From IMG/VR virus record IMGVR_UViG_3300048881_000780: a stretch of DNA of 64,000 bases. The stretch is one strand, 5' to 3'. Below the pieces are notes generated by a model, which was not told the origin of the DNA, made no database searches, and was given only the letters and a program-made list of their open reading frames with translations. Source of the stretch: a virus. Its lineage: Duplodnaviria > Caudoviricetes. This document shows, one piece after another, positions 27,913-38,214 of the stretch. The translations under genes and the position numbers were made by a program. How positions within the stretch are numbered: the first letter of the stretch is position 1; every line of letters begins with the position of its first letter.

Positions 27913-28815
27913 TTATTTATCAGTGGTTCTGATGCGATTTAACAATTGTCGATACTCATTATCTATGGCCTTAAAGCTTGCGAGATCTCCTTTTCCAGAG
28001 AATTCTTTTTGAATATCTTTTTTAGTAATATCAAATACATAGCGAAGGATTACATAGCGATAACACTCCGGAGAAATATCATCCATGTAGTCATTTAAAA
28101 TATGGATTAGTTTGGTATCTTTAACTACCTTAGTAAAATCAATCTCTTCACCTCTTGATATCTCCAGGTGATTCAATTCTAATTTATCCATCAACTCCTT
28201 AAAAGAAGTGAGATAATCCCTCTCAATGCCTCCTGCTGAGTTAACTAGTTGATGAATGGAATTAACTTTATCAATAGCATCGATATAATCTCGATATAAA
28301 GATTTCTCATCTTCAGTTAATTCTTCATTGATTTTTATCTTATCGAAAACTTTATTTTCTTTTAGCTTTTTTTGAATAATTAAAATTTGGCGCTCTAAAT
28401 TTCCCTTGTTAGTTGTAATATAGCGAGATCTCTTTTCATCAAGGATATGATTGGCCAGAAGTTTTTGAGCAAAACCTGTAAAGAAGTCATCATATGAAAT
28501 ACTCTCGACCTTATATAAGGACTTATCAAATTTATCTAATACTTTATTAAATAACTCCCATGCGTAGCCCAAGTGAGGGCCTTCAAACTGTCCTTTAGTT
28601 AAATCCCAGTTATTTTCATATGGAGCACTCTTACAGATCAATCGATTGGCATCTGAACTCATTTTAAAGCAAAATCTTTTAAAGAAAAAAGAAAAGTGCT
28701 TATTAAAAAAATGGTCCCTCTCTTTTTTATTAAGAGGACTTTTAGGAGGTGTCGCAGTCTTATATATTTTTGGACTGTGATCTTTTCCCTCTTTAATTGA
28801 AAACAAGTCTTCCAT
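27913..28815 (-). CDS. Divergent sigma-70 family factor
   Basis: Region-2-like LFNKVLDKFD...FTGFAQKLLANHILDEKR; region-4-like LNDYMDDISPECYRYVILRYVFDITKKDI. Confidence 0.65.
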   Translation of the reverse strand: MEDLFSIKEGKDHSPKIYKTATPPKSPLNKKERDHFFNKHFSFFFKRFCFKMSSDANRLICKSAPYENNWDLTKGQFEGPHLGYAWELFNKVLDKFDKSLYKVESISYDDFFTGFAQKLLANHILDEKRSRYITTNKGNLERQILIIQKKLKENKVFDKIKINEELTEDEKSLYRDYIDAIDKVNSIHQLVNSAGGIERDYLTSFKELMDKLELNHLEISRGEEIDFTKVVKDTKLIHILNDYMDDISPECYRYVILRYVFDITKKDIQKEFSGKGDLASFKAIDNEYRQLLNRIRTTDK

Positions 28816-28822
28816 AATGATC

Positions 28823-31171
28823 CTAGTTTGAATAAATCACAATCATCTTTTTCTTATTTGCATAGAACACTTCAGAAGAAGAACCAATATCTTTAACTAG
28901 AAAATCTGAAACCGTCTGAGTTGTCGCTTGCCCAGCAGATACAAGTCCACCAGTAATCTCATTGGCAACTGTATCCTCTCCATTTTCATCACTTGGAGCA
29001 AGAACACCAATTGATTTAATTAAAGTTTGTACAATCTCTGAAGCGAAGACCTCTCCAATCTTAGATAATCTATTACCCCAAGCTTGACCTCTTAGTTCTC
29101 CAGTAAAGTTAACTGTATGAGTCTTTCCGCCTATTCTTAGAGTATTAAAATTAATAGTAGCTACTTTAGTATCTAGAGAGAAACTTCCTGTTTTACCAAT
29201 TAAAATACTCCCCTCAGGGATAACGATTTCACCCGTAGTTGGATGACGTATATCACGAGTGATTAAGGCCTGAGATCTCTTGGCCTTTACATTATCTGAG
29301 ATATATGTCTCCGTAACCATAACCGCCTGAAGTTCTTCACCTGGTGGAAGTATAGATTTCTTTCTAGGATCTTTAGAGTATACTGACAGTTTTGACAGAT
29401 CACCTCTAAGTTCTCCGTCTTTGTTAATAGAAGAAGGGTCTACACTAGCAAACTCATCTCTAATAGAGTTATTGTCACCATCTATATCGTCATTAAGTAA
29501 GTCTTTTAACTCATTAGTACTCATATCATTTAAAGTTTTACCATAAACAACCTTTTGAGCTCTCTCGTTAAATCCTTTATCTTTTTGAATCTTATTAATT
29601 AATTTCTTTTTAAGTAAATTACCTGAACTACTTAAAGATTTTTTATTTCTAATGAAGTATCTATTCTTAATTAGATCCTTGTTAATTAAAATGTCATCGC
29701 ATTTAACAAGTTTAATATCACTATCGCTTAAGGCGTCACCGTAAACCTTAGAAATAGATTTTTGAGAAGAATATAAATCCTTCTTAATCTTCTTAGCGTC
29801 AATTGAAAAATCTCTCTCTAGCTTCTTAAGTAATAATGCCTTCGACCTAATTTTTTCTCTAATGGCCTCACAAGTTTTGTGAAGTTTGAATTCATTTGGA
29901 GATAGAACATCTCCGGCCTTAAGTTTATCTATAATCTTTTCATATTTCTCACCAGAGCAGTTTTCCTTTAAAAACTGTCTGAGCTTTTGGATATCCGAAA
30001 AGTTATCTAGTAAATTATCTGCTAGATCTACAATATTAGAATCTTTATTACTTGCAAATAATGTTGAACCAAATAAGTCCTTGGCCCTATCTTTAAGATC
30101 TCCATCTAGAGAGTCAAATAGTCCCGCCAAAAGTCCAGAGTCTCTAAGTTTCTTAAGAAGAGCATCCCTTTGTTTTTCAGATAGATTATCTAATAAACCT
30201 TGATCAAATAACTCCTTCATCGCATCTTCATCAATTGAACCGGAATCTATACCCTGATTAATTAAATCTAATAAATTATTCTTATCTAAATCCTTTAAAT
30301 TATCAGAAATATCTTTAATACTTTGTGGACTTAGAGTATTTCCTGAGTTTAAAAATTCAGAAAGTGCTTTTGAAACCTCATCATTATCTAATTTTTTAAG
30401 CGCGTCTCCAATTAGAGGAATAGGTAGTCCATCAGGTCTCTCTCCCTCTCCTTTTAACCAAGAAAGTAAATCGTCCTTTTGTTTCTCGTCAAGGGCCATG
30501 ATCTCAGCAAGATTTCCGATTCTCTCACCATCTAGTAGCTTATTGGCCAAATACTCCTCTAAGCTTCCTTCTTTAATATCACCGCTGGCAACCTTTTTGA
30601 GTAAATCGATCTCCGCGTCGGATAGACCAAGCTCTTTGGCCTTTTTTAACATTTCAATTGCTTTTAATTGAGAATCCGATAAACCACCAGGGTTTTCATC
30701 TAGACATTGTTTATAAGTTTGCTCTTCTTCTTTGGTTAACTCTTTACCGGAAATTACTTTATCAAATAAATCCTGACAAATATCTGGATCTATATCTAAA
30801 TCGTTAGTCGCTGCAATTTGATTATTTTGTGATCTACGATTTAATTCATCTTTGATTTTTTTAATTTGTTCTTTTTGTCGCTTTACTAAATCAGTATCAG
30901 TATCCAGCTTATCTTGCTCTCTTTCTGTGTCATTAAATTCTTTCTTAGTCGCATCAAATGTATTGATATCATCTTTCGTTGTAACTAAAGACATAATCAA
31001 TACGGCCAGAATCCCACTCACAACCAGCGTGATACCAATAGGTTTCATTTTAGAAGGAGTAAACATCTTTCCATTTGAAACTTCGTCTCTTTTATCTAAT
31101 GTTTTATTTTTTTTCTTATCGACTCTATCTTTTATCCAAAGATAAGCGTCTCTTATTTTATTTTTAATCAT
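28823..31171 (-). CDS. virB10: VirB10/TrbI-like T4SS core protein with an enlarged helical middle region
   Basis: N-terminal TM; C-terminal LPPGEELQA.M.T / A.ITRDI / VIPEGSILIG / INF..L TrbI motifs. Confidence 0.75.
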   Translation of the reverse strand: MIKNKIRDAYLWIKDRVDKKKNKTLDKRDEVSNGKMFTPSKMKPIGITLVVSGILAVLIMSLVTTKDDINTFDATKKEFNDTEREQDKLDTDTDLVKRQKEQIKKIKDELNRRSQNNQIAATNDLDIDPDICQDLFDKVISGKELTKEEEQTYKQCLDENPGGLSDSQLKAIEMLKKAKELGLSDAEIDLLKKVASGDIKEGSLEEYLANKLLDGERIGNLAEIMALDEKQKDDLLSWLKGEGERPDGLPIPLIGDALKKLDNDEVSKALSEFLNSGNTLSPQSIKDISDNLKDLDKNNLLDLINQGIDSGSIDEDAMKELFDQGLLDNLSEKQRDALLKKLRDSGLLAGLFDSLDGDLKDRAKDLFGSTLFASNKDSNIVDLADNLLDNFSDIQKLRQFLKENCSGEKYEKIIDKLKAGDVLSPNEFKLHKTCEAIREKIRSKALLLKKLERDFSIDAKKIKKDLYSSQKSISKVYGDALSDSDIKLVKCDDILINKDLIKNRYFIRNKKSLSSSGNLLKKKLINKIQKDKGFNERAQKVVYGKTLNDMSTNELKDLLNDDIDGDNNSIRDEFASVDPSSINKDGELRGDLSKLSVYSKDPRKKSILPPGEELQAVMVTETYISDNVKAKRSQALITRDIRHPTTGEIVIPEGSILIGKTGSFSLDTKVATINFNTLRIGGKTHTVNFTGELRGQAWGNRLSKIGEVFASEIVQTLIKSIGVLAPSDENGEDTVANEITGGLVSAGQATTQTVSDFLVKDIGSSSEVFYANKKKMIVIYSN

Positions 31172-32152
31172 CTATAACTCCACGCCCATCTTCTTAAATT
31201 TCTTGTAACCCTCTCTAAGATTAATCAAAGTCTTTGAGTAACTCTTATGGTCATGATCAATCATATATAAATAAAAGAATCCTCTCTCTTTTATATATTT
31301 CTTTGAGACAAATAATTTAAAGTCCATGGCCCAAGTTGGCATACCTTTTTGTTTAGTTTCGTATTGAGTAACATAAGGAAGAACTCTGTACTGAATTGGC
31401 AATAAATTAAACTCGAGGGAATCAAATGCTTTAAACTCAATCTTTTTTAGATTTTTAATTTTGACATGCTCAGGATTAATATTTACAGAAATAGAAAGAG
31501 AGATGAAATCTTCTTCACTACTTGCGGCTAAAGCATCATAGTTGACTTGATAATACTCGCCCGTTCTTTCGTAGTTATAGGTATTTTCAATAATAAAATT
31601 TCTTGGGTGAAGCATTACTGAATTCTTACTATTGGTTACCTTCTTTCCAATTTCAGCTGAAATAGGATAATCATCAGCACCTCTACAGTCAGTACCAATG
31701 ATCTCAAAGTTATAAGAGTCTCTCGTGGCATTATCTAACTCTACTCTAATTCCAGATAGAACTTTAATTCGTTTCTTTGATAATTTAACAGGTTCCTTTA
31801 GCTGGACTTTTACGGCCCTTTTAGACTTCGTCATGCTAACATCAATAAGGTCATTATATTTACTTACATCGTGGACATCCTCAATAAATGTCTCATCAAA
31901 TTCAATTGTTAAATACCTATTAAAACAAACAAAAACTTCCGCAGTATCTCCAGGGCCCATTAATTCTTTTACAATTCTTGGGTCGTTTCTTCTTACAGAA
32001 AAGTATTTATTATTCTTTCCTTTTTTTATCGCGATAGGATCATAAACCTTGCTCTTAGTTGAATCTGCAAATGATGCCCCAGACAATAGAAATAATATTG
32101 TTACTATGATATTTTTCATTACTTTATATCTCCTAATTTCCACAGACCCCAT
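31172..32152 (-). CDS. VirB9/TraK-like secreted core protein (true start probably near 32119)
   Basis: Signal MKNIIVTILFLLSGASFA; V.V.FN..LTIEF; lies between the VirB8-like and VirB10-like genes. Confidence 0.55.
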   Translation of the reverse strand: MGSVEIRRYKVMKNIIVTILFLLSGASFADSTKSKVYDPIAIKKGKNNKYFSVRRNDPRIVKELMGPGDTAEVFVCFNRYLTIEFDETFIEDVHDVSKYNDLIDVSMTKSKRAVKVQLKEPVKLSKKRIKVLSGIRVELDNATRDSYNFEIIGTDCRGADDYPISAEIGKKVTNSKNSVMLHPRNFIIENTYNYERTGEYYQVNYDALAASSEEDFISLSISVNINPEHVKIKNLKKIEFKAFDSLEFNLLPIQYRVLPYVTQYETKQKGMPTWAMDFKLFVSKKYIKERGFFYLYMIDHDHKSYSKTLINLREGYKKFKKMGVEL

Positions 32153-32838
32153 TTACTTCTTCGCTCCCCACTAATTGGGTCATAGATATACTGAAACTTA
32201 AATCCCTCATAGTAGAGACCAGATAGGGATTCATTCTTCTTTGCATCATGGAAACCTATATGAAGAAACATCTTTGCGTAAAAAACAGCTTCTTTTGAAT
32301 TTCTTCTTTTAACTAAAATACCTTCAACTGTTACAACCCACCCCTTACTAGGGTCATTGGCGTCAATTCTTCTTTGTCTATACTTTTCTTTAGTATGCAC
32401 AGGATAAAAATCCCAGCGATCACCAAAACTCAATTTCTCTTTATATTTATGAGATTCATCTAAATAGGCATCAAAAATATCCTTTAATCTTCCGTGTGAA
32501 TTATCTCTTAAATACTTAAACCTTAAATCAAATAAATTCTGATCTTTAGTAAAGAAGGCCTGATAAAATCTTCTAGTAACGGCTCTTAATTTTCTTTCTT
32601 GAAATACTGCACTCTTTTCTTCTGTTACTTTTACAAGAAAAGTTTCCTGATCTACTGAATATGTATTGTCTGGGAAATAAGTGATTACTCTTTGATCTGA
32701 AAGAAATTTATATCCCACAAAGAGACAAAGTAAAATTGACGTCATCAAAGCGGAGATAACCACCAATTGCTTGATTCCCTCTTCTTTTTTTTCAATCTCT
32801 TTTTCTTTTAAAGACTCAGCTAATGACTTATTACTCAT
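32119..32838 (-). CDS. Bitopic VirB8/TraE-like transfer protein
   Basis: Single TM, WVVTVEG, SGLYY..F; directly precedes the VirB9-like and VirB10 genes. Confidence 0.55.
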   Translation of the reverse strand: MSNKSLAESLKEKEIEKKEEGIKQLVVISALMTSILLCLFVGYKFLSDQRVITYFPDNTYSVDQETFLVKVTEEKSAVFQERKLRAVTRRFYQAFFTKDQNLFDLRFKYLRDNSHGRLKDIFDAYLDESHKYKEKLSFGDRWDFYPVHTKEKYRQRRIDANDPSKGWVVTVEGILVKRRNSKEAVFYAKMFLHIGFHDAKKNESLSGLYYEGFKFQYIYDPISGERRSKWGLWKLGDIK

Positions 32839-32858
32839 ACAACACCTAATTAATTATT

Positions 32859-32873
32859 TAACATAACACGTTA
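32859..32873. promoter_or_regulatory. Palindromic operator upstream of virB8-virB9-virB10-sigma
   Basis: TAACATAACACGTTA. Confidence 0.75.
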
Positions 32874-32913
32874 TTATTATAACCTATTTAGAAACGATAA
32901 TTTTTATAGGTGC

Positions 32914-33702
32914 TTATTTTTCTTCAATAAGTACATCGCGTTTTTTAGCATCACAATAGATAATAGCGGTATCGTTGATCTTGCCAAATCCCATATTTGT
33001 ACTTCCAACAAGTGAATATATTTGACCGCTCTCGTCACGCTTACTCTTGATAATCTTTACTCTCTTCTCGAGTAAATCAACTTCTCTAGCAATTTCAACT
33101 ACTTTACCTTCTCTATCTTTTTGAAATTTCATCTTTCGAACGCATTCACCAGTAATCACAACACTTTTAGCGCTAGATTTTAGTTTTTTTACAAAATTAT
33201 TGGCCTTAGTTAGCTTTTCGATATCCTCACGACACTTAGCAAGCTCTTTTGAAAATCTTTCGCCACTCTCCAACTTGAGCTTATTTCTAAATTTCTTATT
33301 CTCCAGAGATATCCTAATGGCCTCTGCCTTTGAAATAGCATTATATTGAATGTCTTTTAAGTTGCACGTCGTGAGATGAGGATTCTCGTCTACCGTATTT
33401 ATAATAACTTTAATCAAAAAGTCAGTATCATTGATCTTCTCTACATTACTTACTGAGGCCAGGGCATCGGTATAGAGCCTGTCATTATCACAGCGACCAG
33501 TAATTAGAACTGATTTATTGCCAAGTTCACTCTTATAGATAGAAAAAACTGACGTTTTCTTTTCCATATGATCAATTAAATAGGGAATATTTCCCAAAAT
33601 AAGGCCAACTCGATCTGAAATCTTATAACTAGTATCAATATGAGATATGGCCGCAAAGAGAACTGCAAATATATAAACATAGCTTGAATTGAATTTTTTC
33701 AT
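32914..33702 (-). CDS. Membrane-anchored hypothetical protein
   Basis: N-terminal hydrophobic anchor, 262 aa. Confidence 0.75.
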   Translation of the reverse strand: MKKFNSSYVYIFAVLFAAISHIDTSYKISDRVGLILGNIPYLIDHMEKKTSVFSIYKSELGNKSVLITGRCDNDRLYTDALASVSNVEKINDTDFLIKVIINTVDENPHLTTCNLKDIQYNAISKAEAIRISLENKKFRNKLKLESGERFSKELAKCREDIEKLTKANNFVKKLKSSAKSVVITGECVRKMKFQKDREGKVVEIAREVDLLEKRVKIIKSKRDESGQIYSLVGSTNMGFGKINDTAIIYCDAKKRDVLIEEK

Positions 33703-33705
33703 CTC

Positions 33706-33975
33706 TTAATCCTCTTTTTCTGGGGTTACTTTCTTTTTCAAATTAAGTCCCTTAACGAACTTAAGCTCCTTTTCTAGGCGCTCACACTGCTTAAGCAAAG
33801 GATTCATTAACTCGCTGATTATAGTTAACAACTCCATGTCATTTTCAATAGTTACGCAACTAATATCTAGCCCATCAGGATTGTAGACACTAACTTGATA
33901 GCCTCCACTCTCCAGTGGTTTCACCTCTTTTAAATAGGAAACTTGAACCTTCTTTAATGATTTATAGTCAGTCAC
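33706..33975 (-). CDS. Hypothetical protein
   Basis: 89 aa, abuts the next gene. Confidence 0.7.
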   Translation of the reverse strand: MTDYKSLKKVQVSYLKEVKPLESGGYQVSVYNPDGLDISCVTIENDMELLTIISELMNPLLKQCERLEKELKFVKGLNLKKKVTPEKED

Positions 33976-34006
33976 AAATACTCTCTTGCTTTAAGTTAAT
34001 TCCTAT

Positions 34007-34014
34007 CTATTTTA
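34007..34014 (-). promoter_or_regulatory. Class II promoter motif (TAAAATAG)
   Basis: CAAATTTATT-TAAAATAG. Confidence 0.5.
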
Positions 34015-34064
34015 AATAAATTTGAGCAATAAACTCTTTTTTTCAACAATTTCCTTTCCAAAGT

Positions 34065-34079
34065 TAACACTTGGCGTTA
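34065..34079. promoter_or_regulatory. Palindromic operator upstream of the phosphoesterase
   Basis: TAACACTTGGCGTTA running into TAATAT. Confidence 0.8.
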
Positions 34080-34126
34080 ATATCTAAATAACACAACGCA
34101 ACGCACACGATTTAAGGAATGAAGAC

Positions 34127-36712
34127 ATGAAAATTTTAGCTATGCAATTTGAAGGACTAGTAAGAGCATTTGGTCTAAAGAGTGATAGAAAAGTATTCAA
34201 AAAGATGTTAGATACATCCAAATTTTCACCAAAAGAGATTGAAGAGTTTTCTAAAGTAAAAGTAACTAAAACTGAACTAAAGAAAATGAATACTTCATTT
34301 GCTGAAAAATTTCTAATAAGAACAATGAACGATGCAAATAATTTGCAAGCAGTACTATGTGAAGTCTCTAACTTCTCTATGGGTATCGTCGCTCCGTTTT
34401 TATCATTTTACTCAGATGAAATTTTAGCGCTTATCAGTCAGGCCAGAGAAAGCTACCTAAAAGAGGTGGCCACTAGCACAGTAGAATCTTTTGAAAGAGA
34501 ATTAAGTACTGAAATTGAATATGACGAGAGTATGTTTAATGAAAAAATGATTAACTCTCAAATTCTAGTAGATTCAAACCTTAAAGAGAGAATGGAGAGA
34601 GTTCAAATCATTGAGTGCTTCTTTAAGAAGGCAACCGTAATTAATATTTTAAATACTTCAAATTTAAATTTAAGCGAAATGGCCACAAATGCCTTTGCAA
34701 CTATTGGTGTTACAAATCCTTCAACTATTCAATCTCTAGTTGATAGAATCCAAGATGATATGCCTAGCGAATTTCCTTATATGTTTACACCTAAGGGATC
34801 TTCAATTGAGACATCAATGTACTACAAGGATATAGATAGTATCGCAAGATACGCCAAAAAGATTAGTCCTGAAAAATTTAGAGAGATTACTTCAAAATAT
34901 TATGAACAAATGGTTTCAACATGTTCAAACTTCTATGTTCAAGCATATCGAGCGAAGAAGTACTATGATAAGAATCCAACGAGACAAGAGATTCTTGACC
35001 AGGGGATTTCTTCATCAGACTTTAAAAGATTCTTTGTTAATGCAAAACTAGCGTTCTCACTATCAAGAGTATTTGTACCTGAAGAACTTATCGAAAACTA
35101 CACGCCAGAAGAGTTATGGAATAAAGAAATATCAAATAGAGCCAAAAAGGAAATTAAAGAATGCCAAAGACTTTATATTTCTAGTATGGGTCAAGGTGGC
35201 GTTTCTGAGGATCTTAATACACTTTTATTTATGGCAAAAGTAAATGGTGGAAGAGTATTTCTAATGCCTGTTAAGCACACTGTACACAAGCTTGACCCTA
35301 AAATTTTAAGAATGCACTTACAAGGTGAACTTACAGTTCTTTTTGAAAGTATGAAAATCAATAGTAACCTTTATCTAGATTGCCTAGAAATTAAAGGGAC
35401 AGCTAGAAGACCTCTTAATGGTTTAGATAGCTACCGTGGTGGAAAATTTAAAAGAAACCACGATATGAGAGACAATCCTTCAATTATTATTGCAGGAACA
35501 AAACAAATTTTAAAATCTATTGCCACTGGTGGTACTCGTCACGCTAGAGTTAGCTATACGCCAGGTGCAATCACTAAACCTTTTTATCCATCTAAGACAT
35601 ATATGAAGTCTAAGGCCAATGCGCTAGCAACTGAAGAGCACTTTATGGGAGCTTTAGTTGTAGAAAAAGATGTAAGAGATACATTCCACGTTAGACAATT
35701 AATGTTTCAGGATAATTTCTCTTGTGTTGATATGGGTATTAGATATTTTCAAGATAGAGCGGAAACAACAAATGCTCAATGTGTAGTATACGGTGATATC
35801 CACTCTGATGACCTAGATAGAAAAGCACTTAAACTATTTACAGATTTAGCAGTTTCTCTTGATACTAAAGAATCTGTTATTCAAGATATTTACGATGCGG
35901 CATCTACAAATCCACATGAAGCAAAGAACCAAACTAAGAAAATGGCAACTGCTCTAGAAGGAAAAGCACACGCAAAAGATGAACTGCAACTACTAAGAGA
36001 TGATCTTAACTTCTTTGGAAAGAGATATGAAAAGACTTACATCCCTTACTCAAATCACGATGATATGTTCACTAGAGCATTTAACTCTAATGAAATTAAC
36101 AACAATCCATTCAACGCCATTTTAGCGTCAATCCTTATGCCGATGGCCATTAATACCAACCTAAGACACCACTACTCTTCTGAACAAATTCTAGAGCAAT
36201 GGTCAAAGGGAACTGGTATTAGTAAGAAAGTTCTAAAGAGACAATATCCTTTCTTAGACTCTAAGAAGCAATTACTACAATATGTAATGGAAGATCTTTT
36301 CGAATTAAAGAATCCAGGTAAGTTTAAGTGGTTTGAGCTCTATAGTGAACACAGAATTGGTGGTTACAATGTAGCAGTTCATGGTGATAAAGGTGCAAAC
36401 GGAGCGAGAGGAAGCCATCAGGCCAATTGTAAGATAGATAAGAAACAAATCTCTGGTCACACTCACGTAGCTGCCCAAATGAACCACAATATCAGTGTAG
36501 GCCATCTTCATCAGGTAGAAGGTGGTGTAGGCCCTCAGTACGCCCTAGGAGGCGCCAGCTCTTGGATGCAGACTTGTGTTTACATCTATGAAACGGGAGA
36601 GGCCCAATTGATCACCAATATCAATGGAAGACTACAAAATAATGTTGGTAGACTTACTCCACAAAATTTTAAATCAACTTATAAGAAAAGAATGAAGTCT
36701 CTACAGGCATAG
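34127..36712 (+). CDS. Large protein with C-terminal calcineurin-like metallophosphoesterase (jumbo-phage-type family)
   Basis: GDIH, QDIYD....PH, SNHDD, HGDKGANGARG, GHTH, SSW motifs. Confidence 0.85.
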   Translation: MKILAMQFEGLVRAFGLKSDRKVFKKMLDTSKFSPKEIEEFSKVKVTKTELKKMNTSFAEKFLIRTMNDANNLQAVLCEVSNFSMGIVAPFLSFYSDEILALISQARESYLKEVATSTVESFERELSTEIEYDESMFNEKMINSQILVDSNLKERMERVQIIECFFKKATVINILNTSNLNLSEMATNAFATIGVTNPSTIQSLVDRIQDDMPSEFPYMFTPKGSSIETSMYYKDIDSIARYAKKISPEKFREITSKYYEQMVSTCSNFYVQAYRAKKYYDKNPTRQEILDQGISSSDFKRFFVNAKLAFSLSRVFVPEELIENYTPEELWNKEISNRAKKEIKECQRLYISSMGQGGVSEDLNTLLFMAKVNGGRVFLMPVKHTVHKLDPKILRMHLQGELTVLFESMKINSNLYLDCLEIKGTARRPLNGLDSYRGGKFKRNHDMRDNPSIIIAGTKQILKSIATGGTRHARVSYTPGAITKPFYPSKTYMKSKANALATEEHFMGALVVEKDVRDTFHVRQLMFQDNFSCVDMGIRYFQDRAETTNAQCVVYGDIHSDDLDRKALKLFTDLAVSLDTKESVIQDIYDAASTNPHEAKNQTKKMATALEGKAHAKDELQLLRDDLNFFGKRYEKTYIPYSNHDDMFTRAFNSNEINNNPFNAILASILMPMAINTNLRHHYSSEQILEQWSKGTGISKKVLKRQYPFLDSKKQLLQYVMEDLFELKNPGKFKWFELYSEHRIGGYNVAVHGDKGANGARGSHQANCKIDKKQISGHTHVAAQMNHNISVGHLHQVEGGVGPQYALGGASSWMQTCVYIYETGEAQLITNINGRLQNNVGRLTPQNFKSTYKKRMKSLQA

Positions 36713-36740
36713 AAGTCCTGTAAGTGTTGTGTTTAATAAG

Positions 36741-36770
36741 AAAAGGCCCTCTTCTGTAAGAGGGCCTTTT
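36741..36770. terminator. Bidirectional rho-independent terminator
   Basis: AAAAGGCCCTCTT-ctgt-AAGAGGGCCTTTT between convergent genes. Confidence 0.9.
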
Positions 36771-36818
36771 ATTTTTAAGAAGCTTCTGACAGATGATAAA
36801 GAAGCCTTTTAATCTCTT

Positions 36819-37445
36819 TTATTTAGCTGTAATAGAGAAAGTAATAGTATCTGAGTACTCACCTTCTTCTCGAGCTCTTAGATAAGCTGGATCTGCGTGA
36901 GATAGATCAATTGTTAAATCAATCGCCGCAGTATCAACACTAATCATATTAGCATTTTGATTATCAAACTTCTCACCTTCAGAAACTACACCTGTAGGGA
37001 AGTTAGTATTAATCTGAGAATCAGCTGTTCTATTTGCTGTTGCAACTGTATCTTCACCAGTCCAACCAGTTGTAACCTCACCTGGAAGGTGATCCCCTAG
37101 GGCCGCTCTATCATACTCAAGTCCATACTCGTAAGTAATTGACTCGTGAGCTTCTGAAAGATCTTTATCTTCACCAGCTCTTAGTAATTTCCACCCATTT
37201 TGAGATGTCACGTCAATAATCATTCCATTAAATGAATTACTTTGAAAATCCATTCCTAAGAATAGTACATTTGGTTGACCAAGTGAACTTGTTACATCAA
37301 CATCTTGAGATAGGTACTTAGCTCCGTCGATCCAAATATTCATTAGAGAATACTCTCCCTTTGAAGCTGTCATATCAATACTCTTATCAATTGCCATTGA
37401 TAGCGAGCTTGATAAAATTAAAAATAATGCAATAAATTTTTTCAT
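36819..37445 (-). CDS. Chaperone-usher pilin-like subunit
   Basis: Signal peptide; C-terminal GEYSDTITFSITAK. Confidence 0.75.
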   Translation of the reverse strand: MKKFIALFLILSSSLSMAIDKSIDMTASKGEYSLMNIWIDGAKYLSQDVDVTSSLGQPNVLFLGMDFQSNSFNGMIIDVTSQNGWKLLRAGEDKDLSEAHESITYEYGLEYDRAALGDHLPGEVTTGWTGEDTVATANRTADSQINTNFPTGVVSEGEKFDNQNANMISVDTAAIDLTIDLSHADPAYLRAREEGEYSDTITFSITAK

Positions 37446-37460
37446 CTATATCTCCTATTC

Positions 37461-38138
37461 TTACTTATCTGTTAGAGTGAAAGTTAAAGTGTCAATAAAG
37501 TCACCACTTGCTAATTCTCCAGCAACAACTTCAATTACAACAGGTACATCAAGTGAACCATCTGCCTTTGCCGCCGCCACAGGTGATCCTGCCGCAGTTG
37601 TTCTAGCTGGCGTTGAAACACTTGAATCGTCAAGGTTAACCATAGCACTTGCGTGCTCAACAGTATTACCACAATTCGCGGCCTCGTCAGCACCACTAGT
37701 TTCCATTCCTAGAACATCACTAGCTGACTCACCAAACTTTAATCTATAACGAGCAGAAATAGCATTACATCCACTTAGTGGGTAAACTGCTCCGGCCATT
37801 TGATCATGAATTAGTCTAAAAGAATTTGCTGAAGCAACGCTTAAATCATAACCAGATGTATTGTTAGTAAAATAAACAACATCAAAATCACCAGATCCAG
37901 CATTATTAGAATCTAGAGGAATTGAAAGAGTTGCCTTCTCTGCACAAGACTGATCGTTATCAGCAGAGTTACATAGCTTTAATTGAGATTGCGCTACAAT
38001 AGTTGTTCCGATTGTAAATTGCATACTTGAATCAAGTGCATCCGCTGAGTGAGATTGACTTTGGTCAACTGCAATAGCAAGAGGACTTAATGTAATAGCA
38101 AGAATCGCCACTAAATTTTTCAACGTTTTTTTATTCAT
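37461..38138 (-). CDS. Chaperone-usher pilin-like subunit
   Basis: Signal peptide; C-terminal GDFIDTLTFTLTDK. Confidence 0.75.
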   Translation of the reverse strand: MNKKTLKNLVAILAITLSPLAIAVDQSQSHSADALDSSMQFTIGTTIVAQSQLKLCNSADNDQSCAEKATLSIPLDSNNAGSGDFDVVYFTNNTSGYDLSVASANSFRLIHDQMAGAVYPLSGCNAISARYRLKFGESASDVLGMETSGADEAANCGNTVEHASAMVNLDDSSVSTPARTTAAGSPVAAAKADGSLDVPVVIEVVAGELASGDFIDTLTFTLTDK

Positions 38139-38177
38139 AATTTCTCCGTTTTCACGTTTGTAAAAGTGTCGTTACAC

Positions 38178-38185
38178 CTATTTTA
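38178..38185 (-). promoter_or_regulatory. Class II promoter motif (TAAAATAG)
   Basis: AAAAATAATT-TAAAATAG. Confidence 0.5.
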
Positions 38186-38214
38186 AATTATTTTTAAAAA
38201 AAATTAATAAATAG

